This document shows positions 52,898 to 64,000 of a stretch of DNA of 64,000 nt, piece by piece. The stretch lies in contig OZ320313.1 in NCBI GenBank assembly GCA_976226885.1, positions 159,960,001 to 160,024,000 on the forward strand, read 5' to 3'. The position numbers and the translations under genes were made by a program. The notes under the pieces were generated by a model. The model was given only the letters and a program-made list of their open reading frames with translations, made no database searches and was not told the origin of the DNA. Source of the DNA: Iphione sp. A-MEVVRFRX5. Lineage: Eukaryota. The stretch's first letter is position 1. Each line of letters starts with the position of its first letter.

Positions 52898-54256
52898 AAA
52901 GTAATGAACAAAATATATTATATTGTATGTTTCTACGAAGTAAGCTTAGAATTCAGCCATATGGACAATAGTTAATGTCATACTCTGACTTTTAGTAAGA
53001 ATGATGGTTTATATCCATATTATAATGTATCATCTCACCTCCTGGAGATACTATTCTCTTATATCCCCACTTTGAAGAGAAATTATCACCCAAACCTGCC
53101 AACTTTAATGGGTTGAACAAACTCAGCATACCACTTATTCCTTACTCTGTGCATATAGTGAAGACACTGAGCTTCTTTACTCACTCTGTTACTACCTTAG
53201 CCTTAACCTTCTACTTATAGCCTAACAATATATTTGGCCAGTTAAATGAAAATTACACTACTTTTAATGAGGTAGTGCATTGTAGTGCATTGAAAGAATA
53301 CAAGTGAGATTACTGCCAATGAGTATACAGTGGTACACTGTGTCGTCATTCCTGCAAGGACTGTTCTGAATGCTACATTTCTGTAGTATAAGCATGTTTG
53401 CTCCATATATAGTTCTAATCATTTGCAGATCTTTAACATTGAATTAAAGCGTGACTGGTTTCACAGCCTACAACCACTGTAGATTTTGCTAATATATACG
53501 TGTACATAGATTTATTTATATACATATTTAGGAACAGTTCACATTCTATATGGAAAGCCATATCCAGAATTAATCGGGATTAAATACACAGTAGGTCTAG
53601 TAAACACCTAAGAGGTCTCTTAGCCCGGCATATACAACTGTGTCTAATGTAGAAACATATAATTCAGTTTGAAAATATGAGCCCGCTTGTACCGTCGGTG
53701 GCTTTCTTTTTACGTTTCTGGATTTTTTTAATCATCTGAGGCCTTTCCTTGGCTGAGTCCGATTAAGGCGGTGGATAATGCTGAGGGTGTTTTTTTGTGG
53801 ATGAAGCGAGTAGCTCGTTTCTCTGACTTGCCAATCCGCCCGGGATATCCTGTAGCCTCCCCCGACAGACTACGCGGCCAAGAGAAAAAAAACATCGCTG
53901 AAAGATTGGCATTGTGAAGAGCCCTTAAGACCAATCCTTACGAGTGGTGAAACCTTATATTCTGCAACACGTATACATGTTCATGTCCAGACGTACTTGA
54001 TCGATATGTCGTATCAGATTCAAAGACCCTAGCTTTCACTGAACCTTAGTGCTGAAATGTCGAAGCACGAAATTCTCCATCGTAAAGTGAATGTTCCGCC
54101 AGTCATTGACTGTCCATTGTACACCAAGCCTGTCCAGGATAGTGATTCATGAGCTGGGCCTTTGCTATTTGGTCCTAGATAATCCCACTTTGGTGCGGAT
54201 TCGACGATGGATTATCCTTCGGGCGTAGATTAGCAGCGTGATCCGCTATTGGCTCC

Positions 54257-55560
54257 AAACAGGAGATCACTCACCCTACCCGAGCTATTTCGTCATGGGA
54301 CGGACTAATAACGGCTAAGGCGGCCTGCCTTTATGTGCTTTACCGCTCCCTGGCCCGTATGACACGCCACCGTAATAGGCATCGCTTTATTTTCTGTCTG
54401 AGGTTACTTTGCGGATGACCGCGTATGTACCCTCCACTTGGCACTTTGATACTCTACGAACGATGATTTAACAATCTCTTATATATTCTTCTAAATAATA
54501 GCTGATGGATCATGGTGATCTTATCCCGTATCCTGCCGAAGACATGGGCAACATTATTCATATATTGGTTTAAAAATACACCGTTAATGATCTTTTATTT
54601 AGCAGTTGTAAAACGAATTAGGATGGACTACAAGGTGTATAAAGAAATTCACCTTCTGGTATGAAGCGTCTTCCTCAAAAACGATGCTGACTAAAATATT
54701 TATTTCGAGCTTTTCTTCAGAGAATGAAAAAGGCTTTCCAGAAAAGACGCACCCTTCAGCAAAGGCTTTTATTCTGTAGGGAACTGTGGCATATAGACTT
54801 TCAGTTTGGTAATGATTAGCCATGACCGACCCACATTTTTAAAATCAGATTGGAGTGAGTGCATTGGGTGTCCGTTTAGCCGGCGCCATCTCCCATGGGA
54901 GGGAGACCTGCCGAAGACCGAGATGGCCTTCCAATGTCTTCTTGCCTGCCACCAATAGTAGGTCTATGGTAGGCACGCGTCTGGAATCCTGAAAAGCCGC
55001 AAACAATGTACATGTATTGGCTACTACTGAACCCTGCAGACAACTAGACAGTCAGACGGTGTAACGCCCTCCTGTTCATTCTCTCTCTCTCTCATCCTCT
55101 GCCTCTGGTTTGCTCCTAAAAGTCACGAAGCTCCTGCAGGCCTTGTATTCATGTGGAGTTTGCCGCTTACCTGACACAGAGGTGCAGGCCTCCAGGGGGA
55201 CGCTCAGATGTCCGTGGTTAATTACTTCAAATCCCCAGGAAACGGTCATGATGTAATATGCAAGCAATCAGAGTCGTACCTTAGACAACCAAGCCACCAT
55301 CGATGCGCCTCTTTCCTATGCATGCACCGTCGGCAAATTTGCCTAATTGGCGCTTCCCAACACGGAACATATGCCTGTGATGTAGAGGAGTGCAGGTGCC
55401 TCTGAAGTTTTTCTGTCCTTGGGGAAATGTCTTTTCTCATGCGGAGCATATCGCTTCATAAGAACATGCAATTTGCAATATGTGCAGCAATTATCGGATG
55501 CCCTCAGGAGGAGGAAGGGCCAGAAGCATCCAGTCTGTTGGATACAGATGGAAAACCAAC
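54257..55560 (-). mobile_element. Heavily deleted Ngaro-type relic (RT, RNase H, YR C-terminus)
   Basis: RT/connection-like: VGFP..ASGPSS, RTEKLQR..HRWWLGCL. RNase H-like: GCVFSGKPFS..INILVSIV. YR-like: HTGQGAVKHIKAGRLS..GRVSD (54257-54361). Confidence 0.45.
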
Positions 55561-56102
55561 ATCATGAATATGTACAGCTGTTAAGGTACCCATTTAGTTA
55601 GAGAAAGCCATGGTAGATCCGATCCCGCCGCGTCGACGTCTGTAAATGTAATGACCGTAGATTTAAAAGCCAGCTGTCACGAAAACATGCAAACTCTCGT
55701 GGGGTATCGCTTTCTCCTGAAGTGCATTAACCCAACATTCTTGACATGAAAGATTCGTGAAAGAAGAATACTATGTTCCATGCCTCAAGTTTCTCTAACT
55801 GAAGGAGTAATTGTGGTCAGGCCTGCGCTTTTGATCTTCATTCAGTTGTCCAATTCAGTTGTGTGTATAATGTTAAACGCAATGTAATGCCCCAAATATT
55901 GGTCCACACAATTCAGCAAAAGAAACTAACTGGTCTAATAAACCTAAAGGTATGCCACTTGGTACCTAGTTTTTAAAAATAATGGACCGACGAAGTCTCT
56001 TGTGAGCATTACAGGGTATAATTTATTTAGACTCACTCTTTGAAGGGAGTACATTTCCCCGAACGATCCTTCCCGGAACTTCAGCAGAACGTGTTTACCA
56101 AC

Positions 56103-57906
56103 AAATGAGTTACTTCATTGTCTTATTTTGCCAACAATCCCTTTGACAGTCCAGATGGACCAGGCGGCACCCAGCCTGCTAAATAATTAAAGATGTGGCT
56201 CAAGCCCAGGGCCCTAGCCACCATCTAATCATTATAATTTGCCACCCAGCTAAAAGCTTGCGTTCAGGGGTGTACTCTTGGAGGGCGTGGGGGAGCCGGA
56301 GAGGCACAGGCCTTCCAGATCCCTGGTGGGGGTTGAAAGTGTGAAAAATCACCATGATAGTTATGGGGAAGCGCAGCCTGCTTTCAGCAATGGGCCCACG
56401 CCACATCCATAAGTCAACGGACGGCGTGTGGCGGCAGCTGGGAGAGGCGCTGCTCTATGGAGGCGACCGGCCTCTGACCTGCCTGTATAAGCAGGCCTCC
56501 TCTCACTCACCAACCTAACCCCCCTCCCCCCCAAACTCTTTTCACTGAGAGAGCTGCACGGACCTCAGCGGTCGCGTCTTATGTTCTTCACCCAACTGCT
56601 ATCACCCTTGCAGGTGTCGAAATGCCCCTACCCCCCCAATCTTACCTAATCCTTAACAATCCCACCCAAAAGCACCATTAACAACTTACCTGTACCAACA
56701 TTACTCTCCTTGCGTTATTAGGACAAACTATCAGCAACATGCAAACACACACACATACCCCTGGGCGCTGAAAATACACCCACCTCTCAGTCGACCGCCT
56801 GACACGCCTTGCACCTCCCCTTGCACCATGTCCATACCAAAGTTAGTTGGTGGGCAATTCATCATCGGTCTCCTGACGTGTGTATCCTTCACCGGACACA
56901 CCTCCATGTAAATGGACTGATTACTGAGTTATGGCTAGGGTGTTGTCGTAGTGTCGTCGCTGTGGCATCTTGCAATGGCTATCTTTATTCCCAAGTTGCA
57001 TTTTTTATATACGAGCCGGTGATGGATTTGTTAAAAGAGTTTGCGAGTCGTTTTGGAAGCAATTATGTCTGAGCCTGTTTGAACGGAAAACAAGAAGGAG
57101 AGTGGTGTACATATTTTACATATTTCTCTTTTAAACTGGGTATTTCACACATACATGTATTTGTGTAGTGCGCCATTTAGATGCTGACACGTGTACCTTG
57201 TGAAAGCGCAAATTTAAAGCAGTTTGCTCCATTATACGTTCTACACGTTAATAACTTCCTCGATAGAATTGATGAAGACATGCCACTGATTGGATGTAAA
57301 CTGATAATTGTATTGGAAACCACCACCAAAGACACAAACTGATGGTAGGGTGCCACACGAGGTAGACTTTCATTTTGCATGTGACGCTCTCGTCCATTAA
57401 TGGGAGCATGAGCGGCCCTTGACCCTTATTGTTGGCCTTTCCTGAGCCTTTTTCCATGTACATTTGCCTGTAATCTGCACTTTGCATGAAGGCATTTCCC
57501 ATGCCGATCTAATCCATGTGTCTATATTGAGTATTTTTAGAAGATCCTATTATATGGCATTGTTCTGAAGGACTGGAAATGAGGGTTAATGTTATTAGTA
57601 TTCCCCTCCAAATGGTTAGGTCTGCAAAGAAATAAATCCAATTTGGGCCATTTCCAGCATGGTTAGGGTAAAGGCACTGCGCAGATCTCAAGAACGACTT
57701 AGGAATATTAGTCTCACACAGTACCTTAGAAAACCTTTAATCTTTCCACTGTCTTTACATAAATGAGGTATTTCCACAATGATGATATCTCTGAATGAGA
57801 TCTGACATCTGCAATTCGATGCCTGAGCCGATCTGTGATCTCGTGACATCCTAACTTTCTCTTCAACAATTTTATCCCACAGGGCATAAGGGAGAGGAGA
57901 GCTCAT
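56103..57906 (-). mobile_element. Decayed Ngaro-type element (RT C-terminus, RNase H, YR)
   Basis: RT/connection-like: LPYALWDKI, SGKIKGFLRYCVRLIFLSR, ADLTIWRGIL. RNase H-like: YLVWHPTISLCLWW. YR-like: RLRFPIT..IWKAC..QEYT, then GLEPHL*LFSRLGAAWSIWTVKGIVGKIRQ*SNSF (56103-56207). Confidence 0.65.
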
Positions 57907-60225
57907 TTAGAATTACCTGCCTGAGACGGTGAATGCGTTCTTATATTGTTCAGCATCCATTAGGGCACTGTGTACTTCTAGTCTTCCTTCTGACACTGCC
58001 TTTGTATGTGGACATAGTGCTGCTGAATTCACAGTGGCACATTTTAAGTTATATCAGAAACATTATTCTCTAACTGCGGTCTTTATATTAGGATACCTTG
58101 GTGAGAGAATGAGTTTTAAAATTTGAAAGTAATCGTAAGATGCTTCAGAAAAATACACGCCCTACGGAAGCACAGGATCCGTATGATCAATCACTTCCAC
58201 CTGGTACATTAGCGTTGCTTCCAGGCGCCTAAAAATAAACGAAATTCATGTAATGTGTTTTAGTTCTTATGAGGCCATTTGGATATAGCTAATCATTCAG
58301 TGACTTGCAAGTCTGTAAATAGTCAATATTCAGCGAATATCTAGGTTTCAAAATACATACATTCAACCCGATGTCATGAAGGGTTAAAGGCAAAAAATAA
58401 AGAAAATATTTTTCAGACTATTGCCCGAAGAATACATGCATCGCACAGAGTGGCGAATCCATTTGCCCGTGAAAGCCGTTTCTCCAAGGAATAGGTCTTT
58501 TGTTTGTATGGCAGTCAGGCATATCTCAGTAATCGACGGTGCACGGTCATATAGACGGAATCAGTCCCGATTGCCTCTCATTAATATCTCCCTCGTGTGT
58601 GTGTGTGAGGGTAGAAGCTGGGGGGGGGGGGGGCAGTCAGCAACAGGCAGCCGCATGATTAATGATACAAGCGTACCTTGCGCTCGGTAGGTCTATAGAG
58701 TGCCAAAAAATCGAGACTGATAGTTCTTGGTCCGCACCATTCATAATCGGCTGCAGCCTGTTGGGCTCGGTCTGGCTCTACAGGGAGTGCCAAATAGTTT
58801 ATCTGTCGCGCGCATTTCTGGTGACGGGCTGAGCATGACCAGTTTACGTGAGCGACTCGATATGTAGGTCATCGCAGGGGACTTATTCATGAGACCGCTC
58901 AATATCTGACTCGTGTTCTTGTTAGTGCAAGGATGACCAAGTGCGCGATAAGAGCAATTTGATAAGGAACGACACTGACTCAGTGCCCACCATTGGTAAT
59001 CCGTCCTGAGTGCGTCAGCATCTCGTTCCCTCGTCCGGCTTTGGACAATCGACTTTAGCCATCAGGCATTTCAGGAGTCACTGTATAACGTCTTGAGAGA
59101 GGCAGCATAATTACAAATTGCGATGCGTCATCTCTCTTCTGTGACTAAATTTCATTGATGTCAGCTGTTGCTGGCCTGGTATCAAGTAACAGGGAGGACT
59201 GCGATGGACAGCATTGCTAAAATGCTTCAGGGGCCTATCCAGTCTAACCCATGTTTGATATCGTTAGTAAAATGCAAAAGGAACTGTAATGCTATAATAG
59301 TGCCACCAACAGTTCTTGACCCTTAAGTTTGGAAATTTTCTTTTTTTCCCCACTTTTTGTGTACATTGCAGTTGTGCCTTCTTGTAATAAATTATCAAGG
59401 CAATTAGTCCTCGTCACCTAGGTTTTTGCAAACAATCAGTGCAGTTCTTACGCAGATGTTAAAACAACATGTCCAAACTAGCTGCGCTTGGTATTCATGG
59501 TTTTGGCACAAATCTAGCAAAGGTTAAGTAGGGTGTTAATAGACTTGTAATTGGAAGCTAAATGAGGGCCTTTACATACCGTTCGGTCTGTGTCTTCTTG
59601 GGGCGACAAGCGCCGATGTGCCTTGGTAATTCAATTACCTTCAGCGAGGAGCAGAGATCCATTGGTTTGTTATGCTCTTGATAACTTTCTCAAGAGTTAG
59701 TCATCAGCTGCATACTATCACACAAACAAAGACGTATGAACAATCCTTAGTCTGGCTGTTGCTCATCTGTTTATTGTGGCGAAGTTTACGTGCACGTGTA
59801 CTTAAACTGATACCGTTCTACAGTTTAAAGTTTGCGCAGAGTTTGCTGATGATCATACGGTGATCTCTAATGGCATACCATGTCGGCAAGTAAACCATGA
59901 CAAGCTGTGTCGGGGTAATAACATGTATTGTCATTCAAAATATTGTAGGTATAGCGAAAGATATTAACTTCGGTCGACTGAGCTGATTACGTTGTTGAAA
60001 CGAAATCTGTTTGGACACACATTTTGAAGAGAATGAATGTTCATACACTGGAGTCACTAGAGTCACCACGCCCAACGACCACAGCACTATAATGAGCCCG
60101 GCCATTTATCCACACATTAACATGCTCCCAAAGCTCCCGGAACGACTCGGTGTATGTATGTTGCTGGCGAGATAAGGCACATAGACAAGAGGGGGCGGGG
60201 ATCCAAAGGCTTGCTCCGGATCCTG

Positions 60226-60354
60226 TGGTCAGGAGGAAGGGCGAGACCGGAGGCTCAACGATGTCAACCGTGGAGGCTCCCGCCAGGGCGGCGTATCAGT
60301 ACTCGCCAGATGTCTCGGACTGACTCCTATTACATGTCCGTTATTTTTATCAGG
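60226..60354 (+). mobile_element. YR C-terminal relic
   Basis: WSGGRARPEA..RLPPGRRISTRQMSRTDSYYMSVI. Confidence 0.38.
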
Positions 60355-60977
60355 AAGCACACAACCTGTGGATTTGTAAAGCAATATCATCCGCCTCGCC
60401 GTCTGCACGATTTAGGGGGATTTCCGAAAGTTTAAGCAAGGTATAAAGCTTTATGCGATCTATAAATCGATGTTTCCTGACAATATACAGCGCCTCGTGT
60501 GGGGTTTGTCAAGCATCTTCGCAACATCCCGTGGGGAAGGCTCACATCAACCGAGGCCGTGTATATCAACTCATACTAAGACTTATGCACAACGCATTCT
60601 AGCAAAGCATCCAGCGACGCGTCCTTTGGTTTCTGATGTGATTTTATATTAAAAAAACAGCTTGAAATAACACGACGTAAAGATCAAGTCAGGAACTAAA
60701 CCCATGTAAATGTTAGCTCCTACAATCATTATTAGATGTTAGATCAAATGCATAATTAATAAACCGTACTTGCCTCTCTCTCATTTTATGATGATAAAAT
60801 CACCGAGTGGCCCTTCCCCTACTCACTACATCACTACATCACTCACAAACCAACCTCACTATGCTAACTATTCTTATTTACATATTACTTCAGATTCAAC
60901 AAATCACTCCGAGGAATTGTATACATGCCGCACACATCCGACTTTACTCATATGCATCACCTGAACAAATCCCATTA

Positions 60978-61316
60978 GGCCAAAGCAAAAAATAGGTTTG
61001 TTTCTGGTGACCCACCCCTACCTAGTAAAACCTCACCCTACCTAAATTTTTGGCCCTGAAAAGTTTCTAAAGCTGAATTTCCTTAGATACATGTTTTCAC
61101 AGCACATGTTTTTTTTGTAAACTCATTAGAAAAACAACAAAATCCATGGAAATTCAGAAAAGGACTATATTACTCATGTAAATTGGTCAACATTCTTCAT
61201 ATGGTCTTTATTATTGAAAACCTGAGGAAGGAAGTGGAAAAACATTTTTGGAAAAAAGTTACCCCCTCCCTACTTAGGTTTTTGGCTGGTCGTTACCTGA
61301 ACACACCTATTTGGGC
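60978..61316. mobile_element. Probable MITE with GGCC end and TTA flank (Harbinger-like)
   Basis: Left end TTA|GGCCAAAGCAAAAAATAGGTTTGTTTCTGGTGACC has a degenerate inverted match GGTCGTTACCTGAACACACCTATTT at the right end. Confidence 0.4.
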
Positions 61317-61412
61317 GGTGCATTACTGTTTGAGCCACTATGCTTGTACTACCTAACAACACTATTGAATCAAAATGTCAATGAATGATAACATTATATG
61401 AGAGATTCCCTA

Positions 61413-63740
61413 TTAAAAATTCACCTGAATATCGGAGGTATAAGAAATAAGATCCTAGAAATAGAAGATCTCATTCAAATCAGAGGAACGAGATGTCTTA
61501 ATCCTTACTGAATCATGGTTAACTGATGATATCCCTAACATCGCTATATCAGTGAATGAATACAGAATCTTACGGTTAGATGAACGATTTGGCTCAGGAA
61601 GAGGTGGAACAATTGTATTTATTATGTGTAACTTTCAGTTCGACTCTAAATCACTGGAGGAACACATTTCAGTAAATAGTATTGAACTCTAAGGTGTCGA
61701 GCTCACTCCCGCCGAAAAAAAGAAAAGGTCTAGAGACCTTTACAAACCCCCAAGTCCAAATTTAACGATACACTCGAATCTATTCCAAATTTTAACGGTG
61801 TAATTGTAATTTGAGACTTTTTTAAAAAAATGTTTATGACTTAAAAAAAGACTTAAACATTAATGCCATGCCTCCTTACAGTAACCGTTACTATGAGGTG
61901 ATACATGTATGTGCACATTTCAACCTGATCCAGACTGTAAGAAGACCAACTCGATGTAGTCGCACCACTAAGACATGTATGGACCTAGCATTAGTATCCC
62001 GATGCGTACGAACAAGACCTAAGGTCTTGGAAACATTCAAGTGATCACTACGCAGTTGTGGTTTATCCCAAATTCAGTGTGCCTTCCAATAAGTCAACCA
62101 AATTTAATTACAAAGTTTGGAACGAATACTGTTCTACGCAATTCCAACATCGAGGCCTTGTTTTCGACTTGTCACCTTTCTATCCTAATGGAGACCCTGG
62201 CTATCTGTGCACTAAATTATATAACCTCATCCAATAAAATTTGAATGACCCCTTTCCTCTAAAATTTAGTACAAGTCTTCAAAATGCTGAGTTTTGGATC
62301 TCGTCCGAAACTCGAGGCTTAATGCGAGACAAACAACAGAATCTACAAAGACGCGATATGATTAGGGAGCAGCAGCATCTAACGTTGGACCAGACGGCTC
62401 CACCAGCAATACAAAGACAAGCCCAGATAAAAAAAATATACGTATCTCTAACCACCTTGATGCACATAAGAATGATCCAAAGAAATACCGGCTAGCTCTA
62501 AAAGGCATATTCAGTGCAGATAATTCCCTACTATTGTTACTCACATGGAATGTGGCGAGACTCTATCAGTTGAGGAACCGGCAAACAGATTTAAGAAACA
62601 TCTTGCCACTATAGGTCGATCGGATTACATTGTAAATAGCCCATTGATCATTTACCTTATTCCAGTAGCGAAATCTGTATTTAGCCTAGAGGAGGTCACA
62701 ATTTCTGCTGTCAGCAAATTGATAATGTCCCTAAAGGATTCGAAACCTAGTGGATTACTTTAACTGTTCGAGTCATATTCTGAGAGATTGCTTTCTACAT
62801 CTTGATAGTCAGCTAACACACATAAGCTCCTCTATCTCAAATATCGATGTACCAGCAGACTGGAGGACTGCTATCATAACACCTCTGTATAAAGGAAAAG
62901 GCTCAGCTTCATAACCCATCTCTTCTGGACCATTTAGTATCTTGCCTGCTCGTAGTAAACAACTGGAAAGAATAGTATACAACCAATTAAATGAATTTAT
63001 TAGTGTGAATAATATTTTATAAAATCGACAATTTGGCTTTTTAAAAGTCAAATCATCCATAGATGCTCTAAATGACACTCTGCGTTTCGTTAATGAAAAT
63101 CTAAATGGGGGTAAGATTGTAGCAGCCGTATAGGTTGATTACCAGAAGGTTTTTGATGGCTTACAACATAGTGTTCTACTTCAAAAATTAGATAAAATGG
63201 GGGTTTGGGATAGTATTGAATGGTTTCAATCATACTTACATGACAGGAGGAAAAAAACGAAAGGGAAATGTAGCATCTACTCCTGAACAGATACTACTTT
63301 GTGCACCCAAGGGTAGCATTTTAGGTCCAATTATGTTCAGTCTCTTTATAAATGATAGCATAAAGGCAGCAAAACATTCACATGTAGTAATGAATGCAGA
63401 CGACACCATCATCTTATATGGTGGAAATGACCTACAATCAATTCGGACACAAATAAAGAGAAGGCATACTTTCCCTGAATAATTGGTGTGGTGCTAACGG
63501 AGTAAAAATCAATCTCTTCAATATTGCCTTACATTGAATATGGACTAGGATCCATCTTCTTCCACAACTCATACTACTTCAAAAAGTTGGAGAATCAGCT
63601 AGAGAAGGCTAAAAAATATCCACTGGTAATTGGAAAGGTAGAATTAGTATGTACAAAAACCTCAAAATTTTACCAACATCGTTAAGAAACCCATTGTGAT
63701 GTCTATCTCAGCATTATAATATCCCAATGCAAGACGTGAT
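61413..63740 (+). mobile_element. Degenerate CR1/L2-type LINE (APE and RT relic)
   Basis: Motifs in order: HLNIGGIRNKILEI, VLILTESWL, RLDERFGSGRGG, LIQTVRRPTR..TCMDL, SDHYAV, VPADWRTAIITPLYKGKG, QLERIVYNQL, RQFGF, DYQKVFD, APKGSILGPIMFSLFIND, MNADDT. Many stops and frameshifts. Confidence 0.9.
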
Positions 63741-64000
63741 TAGGCTTCCTCCGCCAATGGCGACTGATGTGTGTCAGTGCCAGCTCTGTTATCCCTTTTT
63801 ATATGTGTTGTTGAGTTGCCCTTGGTTACCTTCTTAAGGTCTCACACTGCTAGTGGTGGGAATATTAATGTTTTGAGGAAAAGCCAGCATTTAACCGCAG
63901 GTTCATTAATTTTGACAGGGCAGTCTCATCAGGCAATTTCTCTGATATTTTAGGGTCAAATATTAACATTTAATGTTAAGTTCTTTTATTTACCCATCTT

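Noticed and set aside
53728-53934. GRIGKSEKRATRFI
   Set aside because: Ambiguous between the L2 C-terminus (QRRATRFI) and a YR tail (FRIG); neither reading is supported further.
59400-59900. Possible CR1 RT scraps (SKLAALGIHGF, ILSHKQR, FADD)
   Set aside because: Motif spacing is inconsistent and no PQGS motif is present; too weak to call.
1-64000. CRISPR arrays, tRNA/rRNA genes, tRNA-derived SINEs, prokaryotic operons
   Set aside because: No regularly spaced identical repeats, cloverleafs, paired A/B boxes or dense long ORFs were seen.

Overview
This is eukaryotic, transposon-dense DNA with no recognisable host gene, rRNA, tRNA, CRISPR array or operon. Frequent TACATGTA palindromes and the repeat types present suggest a marine invertebrate, amphioxus-like, but this is inference only. 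Solid features are one intact RTE-clade LINE ORF (APE endonuclease, RT, C-terminal zinc finger; 23874-27041), two decayed CR1/L2-type LINEs, an L2-like 3' tail, several pogo/Tc1-type MITEs and microsatellites. The most unusual signal came from six-frame translation by eye: about 30-40 short, mutually divergent, stop- and frameshift-ridden relics of the catalytic C-terminus of DIRS/Ngaro-type tyrosine recombinases (YR). The reference consensus, recalled from the literature and not computed, is about GxDPxxYSGHSFRIGAATxAAxxGxxxxxIxxLGRWxSxAYxxYIR. The relics recur roughly every 0.5-3 kb, about 80% lie on the minus strand, and only about four have matching RT/RNase H relics upstream. All relic calls are manual alignments and need HMM confirmation against a shuffled control. 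Some weaker ones may be pattern over-fitting.
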